Origin: Pirellulales bacterium
GTDB taxonomy: Bacteria; Planctomycetota; Planctomycetia; Pirellulales; UBA1268
Length of the DNA: 59,050 bases
Reading direction: 5' to 3'
Assembly (NCBI GenBank): GCA_029246985.1
Contig: JAQWMC010000018.1
Span: forward strand, 1 to 59,050
The first letter of the stretch is position 1. Each line of letters opens with the position of its first letter. The position numbers and the translations under genes are program-made. Of the stretch, positions 9,462-18,538 are shown piece by piece. A model generated the notes under the pieces. The model was not told where the DNA came from. It searched no databases and saw nothing but the letters and a program-made list of their open reading frames with translations.

Positions 9462-10709
9462 GTGGCGGCCGAAAAAGTTTTTATTGTCGGTATTGGTGAC
9501 GATGGCATTGAGGGAATGACCGCCCATGCCGTAAAAATCGTCGAATCAGCCAATATTTTGCTAGGGCCTGACTCATGCACTTCACTGTTGTCTGCAGACA
9601 TGCAGGGACGGCTGGAAGCCGTCTCAAGCCTTGAAGAGTTGGTTGACCGCATTGAGAAATCTGGCGGTCAGCACAAAATTGTTGTCTTGGCATCAGGGGA
9701 TCCTCTTTTCTATGGAACAGCGCGTTACGTGTGCGCGAAACTTGGAAAGGAGCGATTCGAAGTTGTTCCTCATGTAAGTAGCATGCAACTTGCTTTCGCC
9801 CGGGTTAAAGAGAGCTGGGAAGATGCCTATCTTGCAAATCTTTCTGGGTTACCAGTCATTGATCGTGTCATCGACAAGATTCGTACCGTCGATACTGCGG
9901 GTCTCTTCACGAGCGAAAAATGGACTCCAAGCGCTGTCGCCGAGGTCCTCCTTGAGCAGGGAGTGACGGGGCTCCAGGCTTACGTTTGTGAAAACCTTGG
10001 TTCGCCTGATGAGCGAGTCACGCAGGGTTCACTACAGGAAATTGCTAAGGAATCATTCGGGCCTCTGAATGTCATGATCCTTATTCGACCGAGTGGATTA
10101 ACTGAACCACCCAGTAAGGCAGGAAGACGTCTGTTTGGAAACTCTGATGAGCTTTTCCTGCAGTCGCGTCCAAAGAGAGGCCTGCTCACTCCAAAGGAAG
10201 TCCGCAGCCTAGCTCTTGCTGAACTTTCACTATGCTCCACAAGTACCGTTTGGGATGTTGGGGCAGGAAGTGGGTCGTTGGCAATTGAAGCCGCGAGGCT
10301 CGCTCCAAATGGGTTTGTCTATGCCATTGAAATGGATGTCGATGACCATCAGTTGATTGAAGAAAATGCCGTGAGATTCGGTGTGAATAACCTGCAGGCT
10401 ATTTTGGGTCAAGCGCCAGAGGCATGGAGTGACCTTCCCGATCCAGACAGTATCTATGTCGGGGGAAGTGGTCGTGCGGTTACGTCTCTCGTCGAACAGG
10501 CTTGGGAGCGTTTGAAGCCCGGAGGTCGTTTAGTTACAAGTTGTAACAGTATCGAAAATCTTGCTGCGGTTCATGCTTCGCTGCGAAGCCGGTCAGACGA
10601 CGCGGGGTATTGGATGGTCAATATTGCCCGAGGTATAGAGCAAATGGATCGTATTCGATTTGAGGCGATTAATCCGAACTTCCTTATGGCGGCGACGAAG
10701 GCGGGGTAG
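9462..10709 (+). CDS. cobL: Bifunctional precorrin-6Y C5,15-methyltransferase (decarboxylating), CbiE/CbiT fusion
   Basis: N-terminal tetrapyrrole-methylase-like half (IVGIGDDG, ASGDPLFYG) and C-terminal SAM-methyltransferase half (VWDVGAGSGSLAIEAA). GGAGG precedes the GTG start. Confidence 0.8.
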   Translation: MAAEKVFIVGIGDDGIEGMTAHAVKIVESANILLGPDSCTSLLSADMQGRLEAVSSLEELVDRIEKSGGQHKIVVLASGDPLFYGTARYVCAKLGKERFEVVPHVSSMQLAFARVKESWEDAYLANLSGLPVIDRVIDKIRTVDTAGLFTSEKWTPSAVAEVLLEQGVTGLQAYVCENLGSPDERVTQGSLQEIAKESFGPLNVMILIRPSGLTEPPSKAGRRLFGNSDELFLQSRPKRGLLTPKEVRSLALAELSLCSTSTVWDVGAGSGSLAIEAARLAPNGFVYAIEMDVDDHQLIEENAVRFGVNNLQAILGQAPEAWSDLPDPDSIYVGGSGRAVTSLVEQAWERLKPGGRLVTSCNSIENLAAVHASLRSRSDDAGYWMVNIARGIEQMDRIRFEAINPNFLMAATKAG

Positions 10710-10712
10710 GGT

Positions 10713-11438
10713 GTGACCGACCAACTTCCTGAGCCACTTGATGTCATCGCTGTCGGTGCACACCCAGATGATGTTGAAATTGGTTGTGGGGGCACTCTCG
10801 CAAAATTAGTTTCTCAGGGCGTTCGAGTAGGTATCGTTGATATCACTGACGGTGAGCCAACACCACGATCAAGTGGTCCGGAAGAGCGACTTGCTGAAGC
10901 AGCGAAAGCTGCTCGTGTGCTCGGTGTTGTGCATCGCGAACAACTTGGTTTTCCAAATCGAAAGCTGTTTGACTGTTTCGAAGTTCGAGTAGCCCTAGCA
11001 AAAATTTTTCGTTGGCATCGCCCACGATTGGTCCTTGGAATTGGTGATAAAACACCGATGGCTTCACCTGACCACGCCCAGGCTATGGCAATAACAGAGG
11101 CAGCCGTTTTCTACTCTCGATTAACAAAATGGGATGATGTCTTCGATCACCTGCCTGTGCATACGGTCCCCAATCTTCTGGCCTATTTTCTGTTTGCTGG
11201 AGTTGCTGATCTTCCAGCAGGCCATTGGCCTATCATCGTTAATATTGAGGGTCACTTAGAGCAGAAATTGAAAGCCGTTCGCTGCTATGGATCCCAATTT
11301 CCCCCTGAAAAAGAAAATGTTTTTACGCGGGTGGAAGCGTTTTCGAGAACAGTTGGGTTCCTTGGTGGCTGTGCTGAGGGAGAGTTGCTTGCCGGAAGTC
11401 GCATCCCCTGCACATCAGACCTTATGCGGCTATTGTAA
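10713..11438 (+). CDS. PIG-L/LmbE family N-acetylglucosaminyl deacetylase
   Basis: The [13 protein letters not shown] signature is near the N-terminus. GTG start 4 nt after the cobL stop. Confidence 0.8.
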   Translation: MTDQLPEPLDVIAVGAHPDDVEIGCGGTLAKLVSQGVRVGIVDITDGEPTPRSSGPEERLAEAAKAARVLGVVHREQLGFPNRKLFDCFEVRVALAKIFRWHRPRLVLGIGDKTPMASPDHAQAMAITEAAVFYSRLTKWDDVFDHLPVHTVPNLLAYFLFAGVADLPAGHWPIIVNIEGHLEQKLKAVRCYGSQFPPEKENVFTRVEAFSRTVGFLGGCAEGELLAGSRIPCTSDLMRLL

Positions 11439-11494
11439 AAAAGACCGGTATTTCAGCTACTGGATCACTTCCACAACTTCAACAAGAAAAACTC

Positions 11495-11914
11495 ATGAGT
11501 CAATCTGAGCAAACAAATGCGAAACCTTGGATGCGATGGGTTCTCTATGCGGCTGGTGCCTACAACATCGCATGGGGTGGGGTTGCCATCCTTTTTCCAT
11601 TATGGATATTTCAAGCTACGGGTATGGAACCGCCTCACTACCCGGAGTTCTGGCAATGTATTGGTATGATTGTGGGGGTTTATGGCATTGGATATCTTAT
11701 TGCGGCTTCTGATCCGATTCGCCACTGGCCCATTGTATTTGTCGGCTTCCTTGGGAAAGTGCTTGGTCCAATAGGGTTTGCTGAGGCGCTCTGGTCTGAA
11801 AGGCTTCCTCTCGCATTTGGTTTGAATATTGTGACGAATGATCTGATTTGGTGGCTTCCATTTTCTCTTATCCTTCTTACTGCTTGGAAAGCTCGTGGCC
11901 ACTCCAAAAACTAG
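11495..11914 (+). CDS. Small polytopic membrane protein, function unknown
   Basis: 139 aa with about four hydrophobic, Trp/Gly-rich segments. Its 3' end overlaps the next CDS by 20 nt. Confidence 0.6.
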   Translation: MSQSEQTNAKPWMRWVLYAAGAYNIAWGGVAILFPLWIFQATGMEPPHYPEFWQCIGMIVGVYGIGYLIAASDPIRHWPIVFVGFLGKVLGPIGFAEALWSERLPLAFGLNIVTNDLIWWLPFSLILLTAWKARGHSKN

Positions 11915-12953
11915 TCAATCTTCCAGTGAACATGACGTTGTTGTTGTTGGGGCTGGAATCGCTGGCCTCATGGCATCAAGACATCTTTCAAAAGCCGGTT
12001 ACCGGGTAGTCGTTTTGGAGAAAGCTCGTGGAGTTGGTGGCCGAATGGCAACCCGCAGGATCGGTGAAGCGGTCTGCGATCATGGTGCTCAATATTTTTC
12101 CGTCAAGGGAAGGGCGTTTGGAAGTGTTGTCTCAGAAGCGCAAGACTCTCTAGCTGTCATGCCCTGGTGCGATTTGTTTCCGAAGTCAAAAACAGCCGAA
12201 GGTCCGGCTGTAGAGCCACTTGATGAAGTGGGGCATGCCCGTTGGAGAGGTGCTCATGGCATGACGAGTCTTCCAAAGTATCTAGCACAGCAACTATCTG
12301 AGCCAGTCAAGACGAAGGTTCGTGTTCGTTCCTTGGGTGTTCAAGACAATGCAGTCCATCTGTCCTGTGAAAACAGTGAATCGGTTGTTGCTCGTGCCGC
12401 CGTGCTCACTACTCCTGTTCCTCAAGCTGTGGAAATATTGCATTCTGGTGGACTGCGACCCCCCGCTGTCGACCCGCAGGTGTGGGGCGCGCTTTCATCG
12501 GTGGAATATACTCCCTGTTTTTCCCTTATGCTTTGGTTAGCGAAGCCAAGTCTGCTGCTTGACCCTGGCGGTCTTGAAGTTTGTTCCGGCCCGGTTGCCT
12601 GGATTGGCGACAACTATAAAAAAGGAATATCGCCGGTTCCGAGCCTCACGGTTCAAGCTACCGCTGAATTTAGTAGAGAGCACTTTGATGCTGAACCGAG
12701 TCAGGTAGAAAATAAGCTCATAGAAGCAGTACATTGTTGGATTGATGGGAAAGCGTCTGATGAGGTTCGTGCGACGTCGCTTCAGCGCTGGAAATATGCT
12801 TTCCCTGTTTCACCGATCAAGGCGCCAATGATTGCAGTGCAGAACAAGCCACCAGTCGTTTGTTGTGGCGATACCTTTGGTGGCGGTCGGGTTGAGTCTG
12901 CAGCCTCAAGTGGCCTTGCTGCTGGCCGTTGGATCCAGCGGCTTCTGGGCTGA
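11895..12953 (+). CDS. NAD(P)/FAD-dependent oxidoreductase, renalase-like
   Basis: Dinucleotide-binding motif VVVVGAGIAGL, then LEKARGVGGRMATRR and DHGAQYF, which I recall as typical of renalase-like flavoproteins. GTG start. Confidence 0.65.
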   Translation: MATPKTSQSSSEHDVVVVGAGIAGLMASRHLSKAGYRVVVLEKARGVGGRMATRRIGEAVCDHGAQYFSVKGRAFGSVVSEAQDSLAVMPWCDLFPKSKTAEGPAVEPLDEVGHARWRGAHGMTSLPKYLAQQLSEPVKTKVRVRSLGVQDNAVHLSCENSESVVARAAVLTTPVPQAVEILHSGGLRPPAVDPQVWGALSSVEYTPCFSLMLWLAKPSLLLDPGGLEVCSGPVAWIGDNYKKGISPVPSLTVQATAEFSREHFDAEPSQVENKLIEAVHCWIDGKASDEVRATSLQRWKYAFPVSPIKAPMIAVQNKPPVVCCGDTFGGGRVESAASSGLAAGRWIQRLLG

Positions 12954-13164
12954 TGTCCTTCAGCCATGGCAGACGCAATGCCGCTTCAGAATATGGGGCG
13001 TTGGGGTTCCGCACCGGATCAGATGATCCACTCATCACGACACATCAGCAATTGCGCGGGTATGATGTAAGAGAGATAGAATGTGGCGACCCTTAAGTCA
13101 AATAGAACCCCTCGTGCTTTAACCCTTCGAGAAATACCTACCCTCAATAACTTGGAGATGAATT

Positions 13165-14655
13165 ATGGCTTCAGCCACGGCAACGAAACTTCCTGAAGTT
13201 GAAACATACCTGTCAGGAGGGCTTATCTCTGGTGTTGTTGGTGGTGAAGACTGGTGTGGCTCGGGAGACAAAACGTTCCAATCTCGTGATCCTGGTAGCG
13301 GTGATGTGCTTGCCGAGGTACATGCCTACACGGCGGCTGATGTCAATCAAAGTGTTGACAAGGCAAACGAGGCATTCAAGAAATCAGGCTGGTCGACACT
13401 AGCTCCGAATGACCGTGGCGTGCGGCTTCATCGGTTTGCAGACTTGGTAGAGCAACGAAAACACGTCGTGGCCCAAATCGAGGCAATTGATGCAGGTAAA
13501 TTACCGGCACATGCTCTGGGGGATGTCGAGAATTTTGTTGAATCAATTCGGTTTTTTGCAGATATGGCGCAGAACGTTCAGCGACGCAACCAGCTTGCTG
13601 TAGCCGGACATGAAGCGTGGACGCTCCGAAGTCCGTGGGGCGCATGTGGCTTTATTTTCCCATGGAACTTCCCAATTCTTCTTATGGGTTGGGGTATAGC
13701 GCCTGCTTTGGCAGCGGGGAATACGGTTGTTGTGAAGCCTGCCGAAGACACCCCTCTTTCGTCGATTTATGTCGCTCGTTTAGCTCGTGAGAGCGGCATG
13801 CCTGATGGTGTTGTCAATGTTGTTCCAGGTCTTGGGAGTGAAGCCGGAGCCGCTTTATCTGCCAATCCCGGCATTCAGCGGATGTCCTTCACAGGATCCC
13901 CTGAGGTGGGCCGGTTGGTTGGGGAGTCCTGTGGCCGAAATCTTGTTCCAGTTAAACTCGAGCTTGGGGGTAAGGGTGCTGCAGTAGTTTTTGAAGATGT
14001 TGATGTTGAAGCAACTGCAAAAAAACTTGTGGGAGCAATTACGTTCCACACTGGGCAGGTTTGTTGTGATGCAACCAGATGGTTGATTCACCAATCAATA
14101 TACGATGATTTCGTTGATGCCTGTAGGCAGGAAATGCAGCAGGTCAACGTTGGCTATCAGCTCGATGGCACGACTACCATGGGCCCTGTTGTGAATTCAA
14201 AACAAAGAGACAGGGTTTTGAGTTATCTCGAAAAAGGTGTTGCTCAAGGTGCTGATGTTGTGGTTCCTGGAGGGGCAGCTGAAGTAGATGGGCGGAATGG
14301 TTTCTATGTGAAGCCATGTTTATTAAGTGGTTCCCTTGGTAACGTGGCGGCGCGGGAAGAGATTTTTGGCCCCGTTGCATTTATGACGACATTTGACGAA
14401 GAGTCAGAGGCTATTACGCTTGCCAACGACACAGATTACGGTCTCGCAAATAGTGTTTGGACGACTGATTTGGGTCGAGCAGCGCGGGTTGCTGAGTCAA
14501 TGGTCGCTGGAAATAGTTGGATTAATTCCCACAACGTTTTTGCCAAAGGGGTGCCGTACGGTGGAATTCACAAGAGTGGCATGGGCGGAGGTGTGAATTC
14601 GATAGAAACACTTTTTGATTATTGGCGGAGCCAGTCAATCGTGCGTCCGCTGTGA
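13165..14655 (+). CDS. NAD(P)+-dependent aldehyde dehydrogenase
   Basis: FPWNFP, VVKPAE, ELGGKG, catalytic-Cys region GQVCCDATR, and EEIFGPV. Confidence 0.9.
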   Translation: MASATATKLPEVETYLSGGLISGVVGGEDWCGSGDKTFQSRDPGSGDVLAEVHAYTAADVNQSVDKANEAFKKSGWSTLAPNDRGVRLHRFADLVEQRKHVVAQIEAIDAGKLPAHALGDVENFVESIRFFADMAQNVQRRNQLAVAGHEAWTLRSPWGACGFIFPWNFPILLMGWGIAPALAAGNTVVVKPAEDTPLSSIYVARLARESGMPDGVVNVVPGLGSEAGAALSANPGIQRMSFTGSPEVGRLVGESCGRNLVPVKLELGGKGAAVVFEDVDVEATAKKLVGAITFHTGQVCCDATRWLIHQSIYDDFVDACRQEMQQVNVGYQLDGTTTMGPVVNSKQRDRVLSYLEKGVAQGADVVVPGGAAEVDGRNGFYVKPCLLSGSLGNVAAREEIFGPVAFMTTFDEESEAITLANDTDYGLANSVWTTDLGRAARVAESMVAGNSWINSHNVFAKGVPYGGIHKSGMGGGVNSIETLFDYWRSQSIVRPL

Positions 14656-14708
14656 GGGCAGGCGATAAAAACCTAAAGGCAGTGTTTTACAATCTCTGGA
14701 TGTGACAC

Positions 14709-16007
14709 GTGGAAAACGTTGATTGTATCGTCGTTGGAGCGGGGCTGTCCGGACTCGCTTGCGCCCAAACGCTTCTTGAGACTTCCAATTCCGTACTTCT
14801 CCTTGAGTTATCTGATGTTCCGGGTGGACGGGTTGCCACGGATACCATCGATGGATTTCAGGTTGATCGAGGCTTTCAGGTGTACTTGGACTCCTATGCG
14901 GAAGGGCAACGTTTTCTCAATTATGCATCGCTCAACTTCGGGGCCTTTGAACCTGGAGCACTTGTTGCACATCGCGGCAGGTTGTTTCCGGTAAGTGATC
15001 CGTGGAGACGACCTTTCGCAGCAATTCGTTCGGTGTTGTCAGGTGCAGTTAGCGTGACTGATGGTTTGCGCATTGCGTGGTTGCGAAGCCAAGTTCTGGC
15101 TGGGGTACGGCGAGGTGAGATTAATCCTTCTTCAATTTCTGGTCATGGAGAGAGGACGACACGTGAAGAACTAGTCTTGCGAGGCTTTTCATCCGAGTTT
15201 ATCAAGTTGTTCTTTGAGCCATTTTTTGGTGGTGTCTTTCTTGAAAGAAATCTCACGACGGCAGCGACAGTATTCAATTTTACATTTGCGATGTTCTCCA
15301 GTGGTCGCGCATGCCTTCCAGCAGGTGGCATGTCTGCTATCCCTCAGCAAATGGCTCAAAAACTTCCTCCTGGTTGCTTGCAGACTTGTGCTTCAGTCGT
15401 ACGCATTACTCATGCTCCAACTGGTGGCGGTGAAGTAGTTCTGGCAGATGGGCGCCGGTTTTGTGCTGACTCGATTATTGTTTCGAGTGCCGCAGTAGCC
15501 AATCCAATCCTCCTCCCAGAGGGTATTTCAACTGGATGGAAGCCTCCACTGTGGAAAGGCACCCGCCTTGTGGCTTTCGAGTGTGAGAAGAAACCTCCCT
15601 GTGGAAAAACTCTGGTTGTTTCTGCCGAACCAGTTGCTGTGGGGCCAATCGACAATCTGTCTGTACCGTCGGCAGTTACCGAGGGCTATGCACCTGATGG
15701 AAAAGACCTGATCTATGTTTCAGTTCGAGGGGATTGGGAAGGTGAAGATAATCAGCTTCCAGATGCGATTCGTCAACAAGCTGAAGTATGGTTTGGTCCT
15801 GATGTCAAGCTATGGAATCACCTGTCAACAGTCACAGTGCCAAAAGCTCTGCCGGTCGAAACTCCGCTATCAAGACGACAGCGGCCACGATCAAATTATC
15901 TTGCCCCAGGACTTTTTCTGTGCGGTGATCATCTGACAACTTCTTCCATCAACGGAGCGCTCGTTGCTGGCCGCCTCGCTGCAGAAGAAGTTCTTCGGGC
16001 TGTCTGA
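14709..16007 (+). CDS. FAD-dependent oxidoreductase of the amine-oxidase/desaturase superfamily
   Basis: N-terminal VVGAGLSGLACA...LLELSDVPGGR and a C-terminal FAD-binding LCGDH...INGALVAGRLAA. The substrate is not inferable. Confidence 0.7.
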   Translation: MENVDCIVVGAGLSGLACAQTLLETSNSVLLLELSDVPGGRVATDTIDGFQVDRGFQVYLDSYAEGQRFLNYASLNFGAFEPGALVAHRGRLFPVSDPWRRPFAAIRSVLSGAVSVTDGLRIAWLRSQVLAGVRRGEINPSSISGHGERTTREELVLRGFSSEFIKLFFEPFFGGVFLERNLTTAATVFNFTFAMFSSGRACLPAGGMSAIPQQMAQKLPPGCLQTCASVVRITHAPTGGGEVVLADGRRFCADSIIVSSAAVANPILLPEGISTGWKPPLWKGTRLVAFECEKKPPCGKTLVVSAEPVAVGPIDNLSVPSAVTEGYAPDGKDLIYVSVRGDWEGEDNQLPDAIRQQAEVWFGPDVKLWNHLSTVTVPKALPVETPLSRRQRPRSNYLAPGLFLCGDHLTTSSINGALVAGRLAAEEVLRAV

Positions 16008-16351
16008 CCACGAGTGCTGCACATCTGAAGCTCGTGAGACATGTCGGAATCGGAATGAAGCACGGTATGTTTTGCGTGCGTACAACAAAAATTTGCTCGG
16101 GAGCCTCCTCACAAACGACTGTGAGCAGAAAGAAAACTTGTTTAGTCTTCCGAACAGTTTCGGGATGTCGCCCAAATGCCACGCACAATTGCAGGAAAAT
16201 AGAATATTGCTCGTACGAATCCCGCCATTTTGCGTTACCCTTCCTTGGAGATGCAACCTGACGAAATGTACCAATTTTCGGAAAAGTTTGCTCTCGCCAG
16301 AGCGTGTTGGGAGGATACAATAATTAAAACAGGCGTTTCAAACGGTGATTC

Positions 16352-17089
16352 ATGGCATCAATAAGTGTTCCAAAAGCAGGTCCAGTCCCAAGCGAAGGGC
16401 ACGATGACCCTCGCGGTCGAATTTTATCTGCAGCGGGTCAGGAGTTTGCCGAGAAGGGCTTTGAGGCCGCGACTATTCGAGACATCTGTACGCTCGCAAC
16501 AGTGAATGTTGCGGCAGTCAATTACTACTTTGGGGATAAGCATCGGCTTTACATTGAGAGTGTGAGGCATGCCCATGAGGAACGATCTCAGCAGGTCCCG
16601 CTTCCTGAATGGGTCGATGGAACGCCGGCAGTCAAGAAACTTCGTGACTTCGTTGGCAATATGCTTCAGCGAATGCTTGGTTTTGATCATCCTCCTTGGC
16701 AGGTTCGACTGATGCTTCGCGAAATACTCCACCCAACCGATGCGTGCAGGGAACTTGTCGAAGATTATATTCGGCCGCATTTTACAGTCCTGTGTTCGAT
16801 TCTTGAGGAACTGACAGAAGGTGAAATGTCACCTCCCGAAGTACGTCGTATTGGACTGAGCGTTGTAGGCCAATGTTTTTTGTATCGTGCTGCCGGTGAT
16901 GTTGTTGGCATGCTTATCCCGCCAATTGAAATAAAAAATATTCATAATCCAGTTGATCTTGCAGATTATGTCACATCTTTTTGTTTGGCCGCTCTCGGTA
17001 AACATCCGCCACTACCCATCGAGGTCTCACAGAAAAAGTCACTCAGTGCCGCATCGGGACCGAGTGACCAAGACATAAAAAGTAATTGA
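16352..17089 (+). CDS. TetR/AcrR family transcriptional regulator
   Basis: N-terminal HTH region ILSAAGQEFAEKGFEAATIRDICTLATVNVAAVNYYFGDK. The gene lies 15 nt upstream of the efflux adaptor gene. Confidence 0.9.
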   Translation: MASISVPKAGPVPSEGHDDPRGRILSAAGQEFAEKGFEAATIRDICTLATVNVAAVNYYFGDKHRLYIESVRHAHEERSQQVPLPEWVDGTPAVKKLRDFVGNMLQRMLGFDHPPWQVRLMLREILHPTDACRELVEDYIRPHFTVLCSILEELTEGEMSPPEVRRIGLSVVGQCFLYRAAGDVVGMLIPPIEIKNIHNPVDLADYVTSFCLAALGKHPPLPIEVSQKKSLSAASGPSDQDIKSN

Positions 17090-17104
17090 GAGAATTACCT
17101 TAAA

Positions 17105-18529
17105 ATGACAATGCTTCGGACTATTCTTGGTTGGATCACCCCTTTGCTCATTCTTGGTTGCGGAGTGGCTGCGTTCATGGCAATGGGAAGCCAGCCGCCA
17201 CCACCGCGAATAGCGACTGAAGGTGTTACGGCGACGGCTGTTCAGACAATGGCAGCAGTTCGTGAACCTGGTGTTTTCCAGATTGATTTTGATGGAGTTG
17301 TTGTGCCACTGCGAGAAATAACACTCTCAGCGGAAGTTGCCGGTCGAATCGTCAAAAAGACAGCAGACTTTCAAAGCGGGGAGTTTGTTGAGCAAGGTAC
17401 GTTGCTTCTTGAGATTGACCCTCGTGATTACGAACTTGAAGTGCGACGGCTGCAGCAGGAACTCAAGCAGGCGGTTTTATCTATTGAGGAAATTGATGAA
17501 GAGATTAATCAAAATGTTCGTTCGGTGGAACTTGCAAAAAGGCAAGTCGAGCTAGCGCATCGTGAAGTTGTGAGGCAAAACAATCTGAAATCCGACAGGG
17601 TCGTGACTGAAGCAGATTATGAAAGAGCCTTGCGAGACGAACTGTCGGCTGACAACAACCTGAATACATTGCAGGGTCAGCGTCGTGTCCTCGCCAAGCG
17701 TCGCATTCGTTTGAATGAAGGTCAAACGTTGACAGAAACAATGCTTGAGCGAGCCCAGCTCGACCTCGGAAGGACACGAATAGCCGCTCCTGTAAGCGGT
17801 ATTGTTGTTGAAGAAATAGTTGAGGCAGAATCCTTTGTTAGCAAAGGAAATCCACTGGTCACTATTGAGGATACCAGTGCTGCCGAGGTGAGAGTGAGTT
17901 TGCAGATGGATGATGTGTCGCGAATCTGGAGCGACAGTCGTCGAGCGCCAGGAATGTCTCCCTATGATTTTCCTGATACGCCAGCAACGGTTATTTACCG
18001 AATAGGTAAGCGTCAGTATCGCTGGAAGGGCGTGCTCGAAAGGCAGGAAGGGAAAGGTTTGGAATCGCGAACGCGAACGCTTCCCTGCAGAGTCCTTGTA
18101 TCCGATCCGACGGATGTTGAGGCAATTGATCGCTACGGATCAGCATTGCCAGATCTCCCGCTCGGGGCGCCAAAATCGCTTCTCCGTGGAATGTTTGTTG
18201 ATGTTCAGGTCGAGGTTGAAACAAATCAGCCACTCGTTTCAGTTCCGTGTGAGGCATTACGACCAAATGGAGATGTCTGGGCTGTTAGGAGCAAAAAGTT
18301 GGTGATTCTTCAACCACCACTCGTCCAGGTGTCTGCAGGCAGAGCCGTTTTTGAATCAACGGCAGACGGAATTCAGCCGGATGACCAAATAGTGCTGAGT
18401 CAGATTGCGAATCCGCGGGCAAATATGTTAGTCGTTGACAATGCCATCGAGTCGCATGGTGATCCCAAAGATGTTCCAGATCGCCAAAAGGATCGTTCGT
18501 CATCTGCTTCTCCCCAATCAGGTAAGTGA
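17105..18529 (+). CDS. Efflux RND transporter periplasmic adaptor subunit (MFP/HlyD family)
   Basis: N-terminal TM/signal segment, a long coiled-coil middle (ELEVRRLQQELKQAV...), flanking beta-barrel-like segments, and a position immediately upstream of the RND permease. Confidence 0.85.
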   Translation: MTMLRTILGWITPLLILGCGVAAFMAMGSQPPPPRIATEGVTATAVQTMAAVREPGVFQIDFDGVVVPLREITLSAEVAGRIVKKTADFQSGEFVEQGTLLLEIDPRDYELEVRRLQQELKQAVLSIEEIDEEINQNVRSVELAKRQVELAHREVVRQNNLKSDRVVTEADYERALRDELSADNNLNTLQGQRRVLAKRRIRLNEGQTLTETMLERAQLDLGRTRIAAPVSGIVVEEIVEAESFVSKGNPLVTIEDTSAAEVRVSLQMDDVSRIWSDSRRAPGMSPYDFPDTPATVIYRIGKRQYRWKGVLERQEGKGLESRTRTLPCRVLVSDPTDVEAIDRYGSALPDLPLGAPKSLLRGMFVDVQVEVETNQPLVSVPCEALRPNGDVWAVRSKKLVILQPPLVQVSAGRAVFESTADGIQPDDQIVLSQIANPRANMLVVDNAIESHGDPKDVPDRQKDRSSSASPQSGK

Positions 18530-18538
18530 AAATTCCTC

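Noticed and set aside
9462-10709. cobL-type gene standing alone without other cobalamin biosynthesis genes or a visible B12 riboswitch
   Set aside because: Scattered cob/cbi genes are common in large genomes. The 33-bp upstream spacer leaves no room for a riboswitch. This is not informative without the rest of the genome.
16008-16351. 344-bp spacer upstream of the TetR gene with small palindromes (CGTTTcAAACG at about 16334-16344, TTTTCgGAAAA at about 16275-16285) and listed ORFs of 119-127 aa
   Set aside because: The palindromes are short enough to occur by chance, and none stands out as a TetR operator. The ORFs overlap each other on both strands and have random-looking, Cys/Arg-rich translations.
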